Source of the DNA: a virus
Taxonomy: Duplodnaviria > Heunggongvirae > Uroviricota > Caudoviricetes
Direction: 5' to 3' (one strand)
IMG/VR virus record: IMGVR_UViG_3300014024_000069
Location: 1-59,158 of that record
Length of the DNA stretch: 59,158 nucleotides
The notes beneath the pieces were generated by a model. That model worked only from the letters and a program-made list of their open reading frames with translations, made no database searches and had not been told where the DNA came from. Shown piece by piece: positions 33,116 to 44,295 of this stretch. Every line of letters starts with the position of its first letter. Position 1 is the stretch's first letter. The position numbers and the translations under genes were made by a program.

Positions 33116-33284
33116 CCCCCTCGCTTGCTCAAATTTTCTTAGAGAAAATAACAAAGGTTAAGCGGTAAGGATAAAACCTCTTGGGCAGGAAAATCAGCGT
33201 CCCCAATGCTACACTGTGGTAAATGGACAAGATACCCTCTGCTTCCAAGACAGCAGGGGGTGGATTCGGGAAAAGGAAACCAGC

Positions 33285-33776
33285 ATGAAAACCCCCTACG
33301 GTGGAAGTGCTGTCATGGACAAAGAGACACACTACGACTGGGAGAAGCTGGAATCTCTCAGAGAAAAACACCCTGTGAAATACCACAAGCTAATACTTGA
33401 AGAAGCACCACCAGTAATAATGAGCAGTAACTTATATAAGCAGCATCCGTGGGTGAAGGCTATTGAAGACTACGACAATACCTTGCCAACGTGGACGAGG
33501 ATTTGCTGTTGGGGTTACGGACAGTCAATAGAACTTTTCCACGAAATAGAAGAGGGTGATATTCATCGCGTATTAACAATTGAAGCCACCAACCACATGG
33601 ACAATGAAAACATGGTTTATATTCATGCCTATAGCCAAGGGGTGGAAAATGATAAAACGCCAAGAAAAACCATATCTATTGTTGAGGCACCCAACTTGTA
33701 CAAAGTTATTCACAAAAACATTGGGGAAATGATAGAAAAATTCACCAACGAAACCCGAGCTGCAGTAAACACTTAG
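33285..33776 (+). CDS. Hypothetical protein
   Basis: SD AAAGGA; TGCTACACT extended -10 upstream. Confidence 0.78.
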   Translation: MKTPYGGSAVMDKETHYDWEKLESLREKHPVKYHKLILEEAPPVIMSSNLYKQHPWVKAIEDYDNTLPTWTRICCWGYGQSIELFHEIEEGDIHRVLTIEATNHMDNENMVYIHAYSQGVENDKTPRKTISIVEAPNLYKVIHKNIGEMIEKFTNETRAAVNT

Positions 33777-33933
33777 CTTGTAATCCACGTCGCAAAGGAA
33801 AGTTCTTAGCGTCCACGCGCCCTCATTCTCCTGCGCGGGCTTTTATGCCCACACCCAACAGTTCGTGGGTGTTTGTGTTACCGTGAGTCAAAGAGCATCA
33901 ACCACAAAATCATCAAAAAAGGGGATGATTGTT

Positions 33934-34941
33934 ATGACTTCAGGAACTGCGCAGGGCGGATCAAACTCCACTGGGGTGAGGTACATTTTTGGAAAACTGA
34001 ACACTAATTTCAAAGGACACAAAGCAGCTTCCGAAGGCGCGGCCAAAGATTCTGCCCGCGCATCAAGCATCATGAGCGGACTTGCCGCCACCTTAACAGG
34101 TAATGAGCCACCACAAGTCATTGCCAACCACCCAGAGGCAGAAACCGTCATGAAACTAGGTTGGGATCCAGAAGAAAGCCTCGGCAAGAGTAGGTATCAA
34201 AGGTTCGGTACTGTCATCCCATCAGATGTTACGAAAATAGATTCTTCCGAATCCGTCCATAGGCTCGTCCTGGGAGGAATGAGCCTATTCAGGGATATAA
34301 CAAACAAACGTGTTGAGATGGCGGAAAACCAAGATGGTGGACAGATCGAACAAGACGATTACGTGGCACCAACATATGGCGGTGTTGCCGTAATGAGTGA
34401 AACCCCAGAAGGGGAGGAGTTGCAGTACCCAACGGTAAAAATAGATCCAGCTCACCCGCGTTACCAAACCATGAACAATGAAGTCCACAACTATGTGGAA
34501 GTCATTGACGACGAGCACCTAAGAATACGAGTAACAAGGAACGCCGATCCTGAAAAATGGGATAATAAGCCTGTTGCGGACATAGTGATCAGCAACGACC
34601 GCGACACTGTAGAGAAAATGCTATGGCAACTGTCGGAACCTATCGAAGGTGGATGGATTCGGAACGAAAACCATATTGTCGCTGATAAACCTGGTGAAGT
34701 CTACCATGTTCGTGAGGCGCGCCCATTCGTCCGAACCTGGATGGAAAACGCCAGGAACATGGCGGAAGAGCTGGAAAGAGACGGGAAAGCCACCATCACA
34801 TCGCATGATGAAAAGATGTGGAACAACTCAATCGCCGCACTTGACGAAAAAGAAAAAGTGCAAAAAACAGGATATTACTTCATTGGAAGCAAACGAAGTG
34901 ACGGCTACCCTTTGGGTAACGGACCATTGCCAAGACCGTAA
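33934..34941 (+). CDS. Hypothetical protein
   Basis: Long ORF with protein-like composition; SD AAGGGG. Confidence 0.82.
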   Translation: MTSGTAQGGSNSTGVRYIFGKLNTNFKGHKAASEGAAKDSARASSIMSGLAATLTGNEPPQVIANHPEAETVMKLGWDPEESLGKSRYQRFGTVIPSDVTKIDSSESVHRLVLGGMSLFRDITNKRVEMAENQDGGQIEQDDYVAPTYGGVAVMSETPEGEELQYPTVKIDPAHPRYQTMNNEVHNYVEVIDDEHLRIRVTRNADPEKWDNKPVADIVISNDRDTVEKMLWQLSEPIEGGWIRNENHIVADKPGEVYHVREARPFVRTWMENARNMAEELERDGKATITSHDEKMWNNSIAALDEKEKVQKTGYYFIGSKRSDGYPLGNGPLPRP

Positions 34942-34972
34942 AACTCACAAGCACACCCTTTTTATCGCCGCC

Positions 34973-35530
34973 CTATTCTCCATTCCCAAGCATTTTGTAA
35001 AACAATGAATTGGTTTTTGATTTCCTTAAATCGCGGGAAACCTCATCATACATTTGTCCTTGACGACATTCCCGCCAATCAAGAGTTGTTAAAGACAGAA
35101 ACAAAATAGGTGTTATGACAAACAGTAAAACCATTGCAGCTGTATTGGCATAGGTGAAAGCAGGCCCTGAATCCTGGTGATTGTTGATCATTTCCTGTGC
35201 TCGGGCAGCCTGCATGATACCGTAGACAACAGCCGCAATGGTAAGCAGGCATAACGTCGCTGAGCCGTTACGTGCCAAGGTGAGCAGCCTTTCATGGTAA
35301 GTCTTCTCTTTAACCTTGGCATCAATCTCCCCCACAACCCACGGACTAGAGACTGATGTGCTGCCGAGTTTCCCTTTACTACTGCCTTGTGCGGCACTGT
35401 CCTGAGTGCTTATCAGCTGCGGTTCTTTCCAATCAGTAAGAGACCCTTCCACCTCCCCGTCGATAAGCTTCCCTGCTGCACCCTGAGCCTCAGCATTGTA
35501 CTCGTCTTCCCATTCCTGTTTGTCATTCAT
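34973..35530 (-). CDS. 2-TM membrane protein, leaderless
   Basis: TAGGAT-N7-ATG; two TM helices. Confidence 0.8.
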   Translation of the reverse strand: MNDKQEWEDEYNAEAQGAAGKLIDGEVEGSLTDWKEPQLISTQDSAAQGSSKGKLGSTSVSSPWVVGEIDAKVKEKTYHERLLTLARNGSATLCLLTIAAVVYGIMQAARAQEMINNHQDSGPAFTYANTAAMVLLFVITPILFLSLTTLDWRECRQGQMYDEVSRDLRKSKTNSLFYKMLGNGE

Positions 35531-35889
35531 ACAGGTAATCCTATCTGAATAACCAGGGCAGTTTCTACAACAACCACAGTGGTGGCGCGCCTACCTCAAT
35601 GGGGAGGCATGGATCGCATGCGATTGCGGCGACACCCACGGGGCACACAATGTTGACGCATAGGGGGCGCGGAGAAGGAGCAATACCGCGCCGGGAGTGC
35701 CAAGCGTGTGTCCGAGCAAAGAGCATCATGAACTCCGTTGCTCGGAGTGGGAAGAGCCAGCCGACAAGAAGGAAGTTCACAGCCAACCCCCACGTGCGCA
35801 CGGCACCGGCGCTTGCGACAATACAGTGCACAATAGACATAAAGAAACACCCCATGATGTCACCAATAGTTCATCAGGGGCGCTGTTTG

Positions 35890-35970
35890 TTCCAGGTGTT
35901 GGATTTGAACCAACGTAGCTTACGCGACGGATTTACAGTCCGCTCCCTTTGTCCACTCGGGCAACCTGGA
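35890..35970 (-). tRNA. tRNA-Tyr (GTA)
   Basis: TCCAGGT/ACCTGGA acceptor, A73, GCGGA-CT-GTA-AA-TCCGT anticodon arm, class II variable arm, GTTGG-TTCAAAT-CCAAC T arm; CCA not encoded. Confidence 0.92.
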
Positions 35971-36214
35971 TCGTGTACCTGACTATACATGATTGCCTCC
36001 AGAACCGCAAATACAGGGGCAGTCGGCGCTGTGGCGACGCGGCGCGCGCATGACGCAGCACAGGATCGTGCACGCATCCCCTCCTATTAACAACGGGGGT
36101 AAGGACACCCCCAGCTTTTGGCAACAATGAATATCCACATGTATAGTCAAAAAGTGTAAAGCCAGCCCAGGTAACACGCCTGAACTGGCACCCACCCCCA
36201 GAAAGGAAACCGTC

Positions 36215-36562
36215 ATGCCCGCAGTTCTCAGCTTACGAATCACTTTCTCGGTCAGCAACACCGATGAAACCGACCCCAACCTATACACCTTAAAGCAAGA
36301 TTCGTCACTACAGCATTACAGCGACGAGTACTACACGCTCGTAGGAAAGTGCCTCTACAGGACAACCCTCAAAGAGGGTAAAGGGGAAATGGCAATAGAG
36401 TTTATTGACCTTGGAGTTCAAGTGAATGAGCTACAGTTTGACACAGAAGACATCCGTGAGGTTATCGACTGGGAGACCCTAGAAGATGACAATACGAACC
36501 ATGCTCGCGCTAGGGCTGTTATTTCAAGTTCGCTCCTTGACCTGCTGATTCTAGGCCGGTAG
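36215..36562 (+). CDS. Hypothetical protein
   Basis: SD AGAAAGGA; terminator ATACCCCCGCATCT...AGATGCGGGGGTAT at about 36571-36618. Confidence 0.78.
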   Translation: MPAVLSLRITFSVSNTDETDPNLYTLKQDSSLQHYSDEYYTLVGKCLYRTTLKEGKGEMAIEFIDLGVQVNELQFDTEDIREVIDWETLEDDNTNHARARAVISSSLLDLLILGR

Positions 36563-36774
36563 TGAAAATAATACCCCCGCATCTTTGTGAGCGTATAGCC
36601 CATGAGATGCGGGGGTATTTTCTTTGCCAAAAATCAGCAAATTGCGTGAAATGAACCCCGTTGGATGTGATGGGATGGCAATCCCTTACACAGCAAAAAG
36701 CACATGGCATTCCACCATGCGCTTAACATTTCCCTCCAATCAACCAAGCGACGCACCCCCGCTACACACTAATC

Positions 36775-37281
36775 CTATTCACGGCCCGCCGTGTACTCCT
36801 CGATAAGCCGCATGATTTCCTCGCTGCTGTCCTCATTCATCGCTCGCTGAATATTATTCAGCTCCGCTATTCGTCCCTCTGTGTGCTTCAACGCGGCTTT
36901 GGTTTGCCGACGCATCCCCCGCGCGGCCGCCCATGTCCAGATGCTTGACACGACGAAAAGGACACTCACAGCGAAACCGGTAAGCGAACCATCTAGCCAT
37001 GCCTCGTAGATGGTTCTTATGGTCATGCCGAAAAGTAGCGGAACCAAGAAGAAGGACACCGCGCGCCTGTTCCTCATCTGCCTACGCAACTCACACAGCA
37101 TCGCCGTGTAACCAGCTAGCACAGCATCAATAAGCATGCTGCCGTCAAGCGCCTCACTCTCGCCAGTATAAGGGGCACTCCACCCTGACGAGGTGCCGCC
37201 AGAGAAAGCAGACGCGCCGTCATTGTCGCCACCGTTGACCACCCAGGACAACGGGTGAGTGATGCGTTGGGGCTTATCCAT
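36775..37281 (-). CDS. 2-TM membrane protein with C-terminal coiled coil
   Basis: SD AAGGAG before ATG 37281; the upstream extension in the ORF track is not protein-like. Confidence 0.78.
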   Translation of the reverse strand: MDKPQRITHPLSWVVNGGDNDGASAFSGGTSSGWSAPYTGESEALDGSMLIDAVLAGYTAMLCELRRQMRNRRAVSFFLVPLLFGMTIRTIYEAWLDGSLTGFAVSVLFVVSSIWTWAAARGMRRQTKAALKHTEGRIAELNNIQRAMNEDSSEEIMRLIEEYTAGRE

Positions 37282-37754
37282 GAAGAAACTCCTTATGATG
37301 AAACAATACGACCATCTACACTTTAGCGCTGTCGATGGTCTAGAGATGAGGTGAAACGTGTAGACTGATTGGTGCAGCGCGGGGTGTAACTTCTGTTGAT
37401 GGTAACACAAACAAGGACGAAACCCCGCAAATCCCGCGCCTACCAACGGAAGGTGCGCGGGCGCTTTGGTGAGACAACAATATGCCGCGCTCACTCTCCA
37501 CTCACAAAAACCTCGCACACAGCGAATGACTTTGGCGCGCCGGGAAGCCTGGTAAATAGGTAGAAGCGACCGTTCACCGAGTTCGTCTCTGTGTTTTCTA
37601 GTCCCCACTGGAAGAGCGTTCATCCTGTTTAGCACCCTCAACCCCAGTTGTGGGTGGAATGTTGCCGCTTGCAGTAAAACATATATACAATCAAAGCGGT
37701 TCAGCCCATCACCTTTGCCGTCCAAAAAGCAAGGAAAATCAGAAAGGAAGAAAA

Positions 37755-38555
37755 ATGATTGAAATGAAACGCCACCCATTGATGGATCTGAAGGAGGTGG
37801 CATCCATCATCTCCGACTCACTGAGGGAGGGGAAGATGGACTTCCTTCCGCGCCGTGTCTCCGCAGAAATGGAAACCGTTGATAATTCGATTGAGGTGAC
37901 ATTTTGTCGCCCCTGGTACCTCCAAGTCAAGCCAGTTGGCGGGGTTGAGCATCTTGTGACAAAAGTCAAGATTGTTTTCAACCTTGATAAGAGAAACAAA
38001 GGAGGAAAGAAAGTACCCTACTTATCCGCAACATTGGAGGGAGTTCAACTGTGCGGGGAAGTGATCCCTCTCGCTGAGTTAAGCCTTCCTTACAAAAAAG
38101 AGTCAATCTCTACTTTGATAGAAACCATTGCTTGGCACTTTTCCGCTAGTGGAGACATGATGGGAGGAATTGTTGATTATTACGATCTTTACGGTTTAAG
38201 ATACAATGAAGTAATTATTAAAGTTAATGATGTGAAATACTTACTTCAAAGGTTGCTGCACCTTCTTGCAGTGAAGAGGATCGTCGTTACTCCGCTGGAA
38301 GACCCCTGTTCAAAGGCAACCCCAGAAAACATTGAGGAAGGATTTTCCACGCACAATAGTGATGGTTGGTACCTTCCTTCTCAAGCAAGACTTTCAGTGG
38401 AGTTTAAAAATGAGGGCAGCTCTATTCGTTTCCATATCAAAAAGCAAATCGAATCCACGTCTAGGGTAGAGGTTGGCTCTATTGCTGTAGAGCCACGCCT
38501 TGACACTATGGAAGACGTTGCAGGGCTTATTCTGCATTATCACCAAGCGGAATAA
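37755..38555 (+). CDS. Hypothetical protein, probably expanded alpha/beta family
   Basis: SD AGAAAGGA; LAELSLPY resembles LAYAELPQ of 25450; C-terminal PRLDTMEDVAGLIL helix. Confidence 0.8.
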   Translation: MIEMKRHPLMDLKEVASIISDSLREGKMDFLPRRVSAEMETVDNSIEVTFCRPWYLQVKPVGGVEHLVTKVKIVFNLDKRNKGGKKVPYLSATLEGVQLCGEVIPLAELSLPYKKESISTLIETIAWHFSASGDMMGGIVDYYDLYGLRYNEVIIKVNDVKYLLQRLLHLLAVKRIVVTPLEDPCSKATPENIEEGFSTHNSDGWYLPSQARLSVEFKNEGSSIRFHIKKQIESTSRVEVGSIAVEPRLDTMEDVAGLILHYHQAE

Positions 38556-38675
38556 ACGACGGTGATGCAAGGCAAGCAATTCTCACGAAACCGCTGCGTG
38601 CTACCCTCTGCTTCTGAACTTTGCCCCCCCGCAGCGCCGAATCAGGTGATTGAGAATCAACCGAAAGGAATCTCC

Positions 38676-38882
38676 ATGCAGTACTTCACAACTGCTGACG
38701 AAATCAACACTTACGTTCATGAATGCCTATGGACATCAGAGGGGTATCCCGATGACTATGACATTCGGCCCATCGTGGATGAACTTCAACGGATGGCTGG
38801 ATGGGATCACGAGAAACAGGCACTCACGGAAACATGGGATGATGACGAATTTTGGGAGATCGTCATGAATAACTTGAAGTAA
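38676..38882 (+). CDS. Small acidic phage-type protein
   Basis: SD GAAAGGA; DDYDIRPIVDEL...DDDEFWEIV. Confidence 0.75.
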   Translation: MQYFTTADEINTYVHECLWTSEGYPDDYDIRPIVDELQRMAGWDHEKQALTETWDDDEFWEIVMNNLK

Positions 38883-38964
38883 TTTTTGCATGCAGGAAGA
38901 CTCAATGGGCATCCCTTGATTCGGGTGCCCGTTTCTGCATTCCTGCGACGGTTATCACAGGAAA

Positions 38965-39678
38965 TCAAGAACGCTTTCTTTTTGAGTACAGCTCCTTATA
39001 GGAGCGTCGAATGTCTGGGCTGGTATCCCTGCCGCGCCCCTGTTTTGCGAAAAACCCTATCTTATGCAAAATGAGGGCAAAGAGCAGAGGGTTTTCGGTT
39101 TTGCCATGCAGCCTATACTTTTCAACATAGCTTCTAAAAAGCCTCGCCCTCTCCCGCGCAAGGAGACGACGGAGGTAAGCCACCCATTTGAGATGCCTGA
39201 CCATGAGATAGAAGGCAGGCGGGCACAACACCCCCGAAAATACGCTGAACGGGTTACCGTTGTGAGCCATGTAGTACGCGCCCCACGCCGACGCAACAAG
39301 CACTATCCCATACATTGCGATATTCGCATACCCCACCTTTATTTGCCACTCAGAGGCGCGTATCTCCCTGATAGCAATCTCTTCCTCTACCTCACTGTAC
39401 GCATCAGGAACTCTATTACCCCATGATGCTTGCTCCCCTTCCCTTATATCAAGCTTTGCCTTACTCAGTGCACGCGCCTGATTCAAATACCATAGGGTTT
39501 TACCAGTTAGGCACCCTAGAAGAATGCTCTTGACGGCTTGCCTTTTGCGCCATGTTTCCTCTTTCTCGCATGCGGCATCGTCGCTTATCTGCAGGCTTTT
39601 GATGTCATCAACCAATGCGGGTTTGGCGTTGTAATTGTTGTGATGATCGTGCTGCTGGTCTATCTGACTGATACTCAT
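38965..39678 (-). CDS. 2-TM membrane protein, leaderless
   Basis: TACACT-N7-ATG; two TM helices followed by a basic helix. Confidence 0.78.
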   Translation of the reverse strand: MSISQIDQQHDHHNNYNAKPALVDDIKSLQISDDAACEKEETWRKRQAVKSILLGCLTGKTLWYLNQARALSKAKLDIREGEQASWGNRVPDAYSEVEEEIAIREIRASEWQIKVGYANIAMYGIVLVASAWGAYYMAHNGNPFSVFSGVLCPPAFYLMVRHLKWVAYLRRLLARERARLFRSYVEKYRLHGKTENPLLFALILHKIGFFAKQGRGRDTSPDIRRSYKELYSKRKRS

Positions 39679-39738
39679 GAAGAATAGTGTAGATGAAGCT
39701 ATGCACGTAAATCCACTAGGAATTTAACAATCCTTGAT

Positions 39739-40134
39739 TCAGTGTCGTTGAGTCGAACACCCTAATATAACAATCTTAAATACCGCGAAGAATAAGTTAA
39801 AAATAAACACAACTGTAATAGTCGCGTATCCAGATGCAGAAATGAGAACAAAAGGAAGAAAAGATATTACAACAATTAAGTTTTTAATAAATAAGGTGTA
39901 GTCTGTGTACAAAAAACTATCCTCATTAAGTAAAGAAGGAAGGATGGAAATCAACTCATAGGAAACCATAAGGAATAAATAAGTAAATATAAGGAAACTT
40001 AGCTTAGTTGCGAGATAAGCCTCTATGCATGAACAAATAACACCTAACATAATTACATATGCAATCTTCTTATTCAGTTCGCTTGTGCTGTTTTTAATCA
40101 AGTGGGGAATCCTCTGCTTTACCTCAAGCTTCAT
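39739..40134 (-). CDS. AT-rich 4-TM membrane protein
   Basis: Four hydrophobic segments; start chosen at MKLEVK. Confidence 0.65.
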   Translation of the reverse strand: MKLEVKQRIPHLIKNSTSELNKKIAYVIMLGVICSCIEAYLATKLSFLIFTYLFLMVSYELISILPSLLNEDSFLYTDYTLFIKNLIVVISFLPFVLISASGYATITVVFIFNLFFAVFKIVILGCSTQRH

Positions 40135-40277
40135 AGATAAAACCTTACCTGAGTGCTCCTTTTCGGTCAACGCGCTAGCGACATAACCAAGAGCCACACA
40201 ATATATGTCAGAGGTCGCTGCTGCATCCTCAAAACAAAGAAACACCCCACCTACACGGCGGGGCGTTTAAAACAAAC

Positions 40278-40484
40278 CTAGTCGTCCAGATCCTCCCTAT
40301 CCAGAATGACTGGCTCTGGTTCTCCGTAAAGACTGTTTACAGTATCCAGTTCCTCGTTTTCGATAAGGGTAAGCCCCTCTCCCTTATCGAACTTTTCCAA
40401 TGCCTCCGAGTTATTCTCTGCGTCTACAGTGTAGATGCGCTTGACAATAACCGTTTCCTTGATTGCGATGGTGTAGCGCTTCAT
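40278..40484 (-). CDS. DpnD/PcfM-like small protein (cassette gene)
   Basis: MKRYTIAIKETVIVKRIYTVDAENNSEALEKF; SD GAAGGAG. Confidence 0.75.
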   Translation of the reverse strand: MKRYTIAIKETVIVKRIYTVDAENNSEALEKFDKGEGLTLIENEELDTVNSLYGEPEPVILDREDLDD

Positions 40485-40585
40485 GGTCTTAAACTCCTTC
40501 TGAACTTTCTCTGTGTTGCTGACATGATTTATATTAAGTTGCTCATTAATCATTGTCAACCACTAGGCAAATAAACCTACCCCCG
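40485..40585 (-). promoter_or_regulatory. Repeated promoter/leader module, copy 6
   Basis: Minus strand: CGGGGGT-N19-TTGACA-N17-TAATAT-AAATCATGTCAGCAACAC. Confidence 0.9.
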
Positions 40586-41310
40586 TTTTCTAAAAGTGCT
40601 GCTTGAAGCCCACTTTCTTCACCCCCAACGATGACGTTTGACCATTCATGCATGGCGCATTCCCTTTGTCTGTAAGTTCATGAACTCTGCTCATGCGGGT
40701 GAGGTGTGCGCGCAACATGGAGCACGTGTGTACCTTGCGCATAATCCCACCCGTCAACGTTTTAGGTTAGGTTTCACTTATTGGCTGCCAGCCGGAAGAT
40801 CCCCATGAAGAGAGCAACGGAAAACTGAACAGCTCAATAGCGTTGAAAATCACTTTCACAGCACCATCAATACGGAGGTGCCCAATGATCATGACGACAC
40901 CCAACTATCACGACAGCGGGTGCCACAACGTTCGCCGCTTTTTCGCGGCATACTCTCCTCATGAGCTTCCACGCTGAATTTTCTGTTACATGAGGGAATA
41001 GTCCTCTGCCCGCTGCTGCGGTTAGTGGCTCCGCACTGGCACGAGTGTATGTTGGCTCCCCTAGTCATTCCCTCCGCCCTGTTGAGTGTGAACCGCGCTC
41101 AACAGGTAGTTATGCTTCTTCATTCATTCCCTTGCCTCCTCTCTATATATGCATGCTTATTGAAAATCATTTTTTCTTACTTATCCTATTCGCCTCCTCT
41201 AGGTTGAGCAGTGGGTAAGGTGGGGAAAAAGAGCGTAGAGGCTTTGACGATTTATAGAAAGCTACGTTATAATAGGTAAAACGAAAATATACACTAAAGG
41301 TCAGGGCTTT

Positions 41311-41511
41311 ATGGCTTGTTTTCAACATTTTGAGGATGTTTTAGATGGGAATTGTCCAATGTGTGGGGAAAAGATGGCTTCTGGGGATTGCGGTTGTTAT
41401 GTCGCTCTAAAAGTGTATTCTCCAGAAGAGATCGAGGAAAAGATGAAGGAGTTTAATGATTCCATAAACCAAACATTTGAGATTCGGGGTGAGCGCAGTA
41501 TACCCCTGTGA
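41311..41511 (+). CDS. Small Cys-rich (zinc-ribbon-like) protein
   Basis: CPMCG...GDCGC; TTGACG-N18-TATAAT promoter at 41244-41273. Confidence 0.65.
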   Translation: MACFQHFEDVLDGNCPMCGEKMASGDCGCYVALKVYSPEEIEEKMKEFNDSINQTFEIRGERSIPL

Positions 41512-41792
41512 CCGCTCTATGGTAGAAGACTCCAAACCAAGGGGACTACCTAACTTCTTTGACGTGGGCGCTTCCCCTCATCTTTGACGGCTCACGCTTT
41601 CCCCCGTGTAGTGACACTGCCTTTGGTTCTACTAGCGGGAATTTCAGGGCGTAGGTTACGAACATCCCACTTTGCTTGACTAGGTATAATTACAGTACTT
41701 AATGCATGTTGCACAAAAGGCAGGTGGGGGTAGTTTTTATACTCATTTAGCAGGTCTTTTAGTAAATTTTACCCCCATGTCTAAGTTGGTGA

Positions 41793-41869
41793 TTGACAAG
41801 ATGCAAGAAGCGGCTTAACATAAATTTCATCAGCCATAAGATGGTGCAAACACACAGAAAGGTAGAGCC
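41793..41869 (+). promoter_or_regulatory. Repeated promoter module, copy 7 (variant)
   Basis: TTGACA(41793)-N17-TAACAT-AAATTTCATCAGC; GGGGGTA...TACCCCC upstream. Confidence 0.75.
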
Positions 41870-42043
41870 ATGAAGGAATATGTTGTTCAGTGGGTAGAGG
41901 TAACTAGGGTGGAAGCCTCCGTTATGGCTTCCTCTGAAGAGGAAGCTCTTGCAAAAATAAAAAAGATGGACCAAGAAGAGCTTGACGATATTGCGTCATT
42001 TGACAATGGCGGAATGTCAGACATTTATGTACAGGAGGTGTAA
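41870..42043 (+). CDS. DpnD/PcfM-like 57-aa protein (absent from the ORF track)
   Basis: MKEYVVQWVEVTRVEASVMASSEEEALAKIKKM...; SD AGAAAGG; terminator AATCCCCCAC..GTGGGGGATT at 42061-42087. Confidence 0.78.
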   Translation: MKEYVVQWVEVTRVEASVMASSEEEALAKIKKMDQEELDDIASFDNGGMSDIYVQEV

Positions 42044-42280
42044 GCAACTTCTCTATACGAAATCCCCCACTGTTTTAGTGGGGGATTTGTTGTGTCATCA
42101 ACACCTGCTTTGACTTAATCAAGCCTCGCAGGATACCTCATTTTGCATTACTAGGAAGGGTCCATATTTTCCTTATGTTGCCTCTTTTCTCCTTGGTTTA
42201 GGTTTTGTGCACCCTAACTTCGCCCGCTGTATCCTCACGTTGAGTGCTGGTGTCGTCCTGTCGTTAACACCCTTAGAATA

Positions 42281-43612
42281 TCACTCATGTGATTGGCGGC
42301 AGCACATCCATGTCTTGCCGTCATTTAGTTGCTGTGCGGCGTTAATCGCGTGCGTGACGGCCGCGCGTGCGGCGGTGTCGTCCATGCTGAACCACCAGGA
42401 CACCATGTCGTAGAACTGGTTATATGTCGCAGGTCGATTAGGCAGACGAACGGCATTGTCGGGAAGACTGTAGCTTTCTGTTGGCTTTTTGCTCCTGTAG
42501 TAAGCACTGTACTTGCTTTCAAGCTTGCCGCTGGGGTAGTCATGTCCGTCAACAAGGTATACGGTGGGTGTGCATCCTGCAGCTGCTGTATCGCCGCCCA
42601 GTGTGGCTGCCGCGCCATTACCTGCAGTGCCTCCGTCGCCAACGCAGATACCAGCATCACCGTTGCCCGTGTGGCGAGTTGGGTTTACGAACACCAGAGC
42701 GGAACCGTTGGGGGAATAGGGGTTATATAGAACGATGTGACCATCATCAAAACGATCATCTTTCAGTATTCCCCATGTGACTCCATTAGTGCTGTTTGAG
42801 ACTACTTCCCTCGCGGCGTTTTCGACATCTGCCCAGGTGATAAAACACCGGTCGTACATCACGACGGCACCATCAGGGGATTGCCTTTGACGCAGCGACG
42901 TAAAGGAGGAAGAATCACCGTGGATCATCCACTCTTCCATCATGTCGCGCACCGTGCCGACGCGGGGATTAAGTGCCGTCCACTGCGCGGTGATGACACG
43001 GGTGTCACCTTCCTCATAGAAGTCCGTTAACACAACCTCAGGGATGAATAGGTCGCAGTTTCTCATCATGTGCCTGTCGCGCCTATTATGAATGACCTCA
43101 CGTTCACGAATAGACACCATGAGCTTACTCAGCCCAGCGTCGTTGTCTTTACATAGGCACTCAATGATCATGGGCTGTTCGGAAAACCTAGTGTTCATGC
43201 TTTCCGCGTCCATGCGGAAGTGCCTAAGCGCACCTTTTCCCTTGTCCCCTCCTGTATCGGCGGTGCCGTGTTCCTCGGTGAGGTTATCGGTGTTTGGTTG
43301 CTCACACCCCGGCGCGCTGGTGATGTTCTCTTTCGTGTTGGTTGTTGTGCGGCTGGCGCCTTCTTCTTCAATATTGTTTGAGGTGGTGGTTGGTGCGGCG
43401 CTGAGTTCGTAGTAGTTGTCGTTGTACCATTCGATGCCGCTTTGGCATTTCAGCTCAATGAACCGCAGGATGTGCGCCATGTCTCCGTGTAGTTCAAAAA
43501 ACCCATCCCACGTAATGTCATCATTGTAGTCGTTGATGTGTTCGTAGTCGTTGGGTTTGATACCGTCGTCGCTGTAGCGGTTGGAGGGTGTTCGTGTTTC
43601 GTGTTTACTCAT
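42281..43612 (-). CDS. Hypothetical protein, leaderless; homolog of 54850..56879
   Basis: TACCAT-N7-ATG; WTALNPRVGTVRDMMEEW, FITWADV, ALVFVNPTR, PTVYL, DMVSWW shared motifs. Confidence 0.82.
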   Translation of the reverse strand: MSKHETRTPSNRYSDDGIKPNDYEHINDYNDDITWDGFFELHGDMAHILRFIELKCQSGIEWYNDNYYELSAAPTTTSNNIEEEGASRTTTNTKENITSAPGCEQPNTDNLTEEHGTADTGGDKGKGALRHFRMDAESMNTRFSEQPMIIECLCKDNDAGLSKLMVSIREREVIHNRRDRHMMRNCDLFIPEVVLTDFYEEGDTRVITAQWTALNPRVGTVRDMMEEWMIHGDSSSFTSLRQRQSPDGAVVMYDRCFITWADVENAAREVVSNSTNGVTWGILKDDRFDDGHIVLYNPYSPNGSALVFVNPTRHTGNGDAGICVGDGGTAGNGAAATLGGDTAAAGCTPTVYLVDGHDYPSGKLESKYSAYYRSKKPTESYSLPDNAVRLPNRPATYNQFYDMVSWWFSMDDTAARAAVTHAINAAQQLNDGKTWMCCRQSHE

Positions 43613-43912
43613 AGTTGCGATGGTACCGCTTATTGGGGGTGGAGCACCAGCAAAAGACAGCACGCAGGGAGGTAGGTGATGTGGTGAAATAGGGGCGGTT
43701 TGACTAGTGGTGGTGCCGATTATGCTCCAGTGAGGGGTTTCTTTGTCCCCCAGATTTTGTGTCTTTGCGTGTCGGTTTCTCTTTGCTCACAAGGGAGGGG
43801 GAACGCGGACGGCGTGCCCCAGAGGGGTTCTTTGTAGCCCCCGATTTCCCGCAGCGCCTAGTGGTGACCGTTCTCACCCCTACTTTTTGTCGTGATTTGC
43901 TGATTTTCGTTG

Positions 43913-44101
43913 TTATCGCTGTTGCAAGAAATTACGCATGCCTAGCATACGTCGGTTGCGGGCGTAAGCCTCTTCTCTTTTCACTGCTTCGGTTACGTTC
44001 TTGTCCACACGATCCCTGATTTCGTGGACTCTTTCAAATTCCCAGGCAAGCTCATCAAAGGTTAATGGCGATTCGTCTTTGGATTTCTTCTCTTTGCTCA
44101 T
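43913..44101 (-). CDS. Small hypothetical protein (tandem paralog A)
   Basis: DELAWEFERVHEIRDRVDKN...AYARNRR. Confidence 0.75.
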   Translation of the reverse strand: MSKEKKSKDESPLTFDELAWEFERVHEIRDRVDKNVTEAVKREEAYARNRRMLGMRNFLQQR

Positions 44102-44295
44102 GAGTTTTCCTGATTGTGTTGGCGGGTGGGGATGGGTGGGTTTCGCTCATCAAGGGAAGCTTCCCTTGGCTTCATCTGGGGGGGTGTTCGGGAGACTAGC
44201 TGGCATACCAATGCAGTATTCCATATGGGCTGTGATTGCTCTATCATCCCGCTGTAGTGTGCCGCACGTGGTCAACGTGTCACGCGGCGGCGGGA

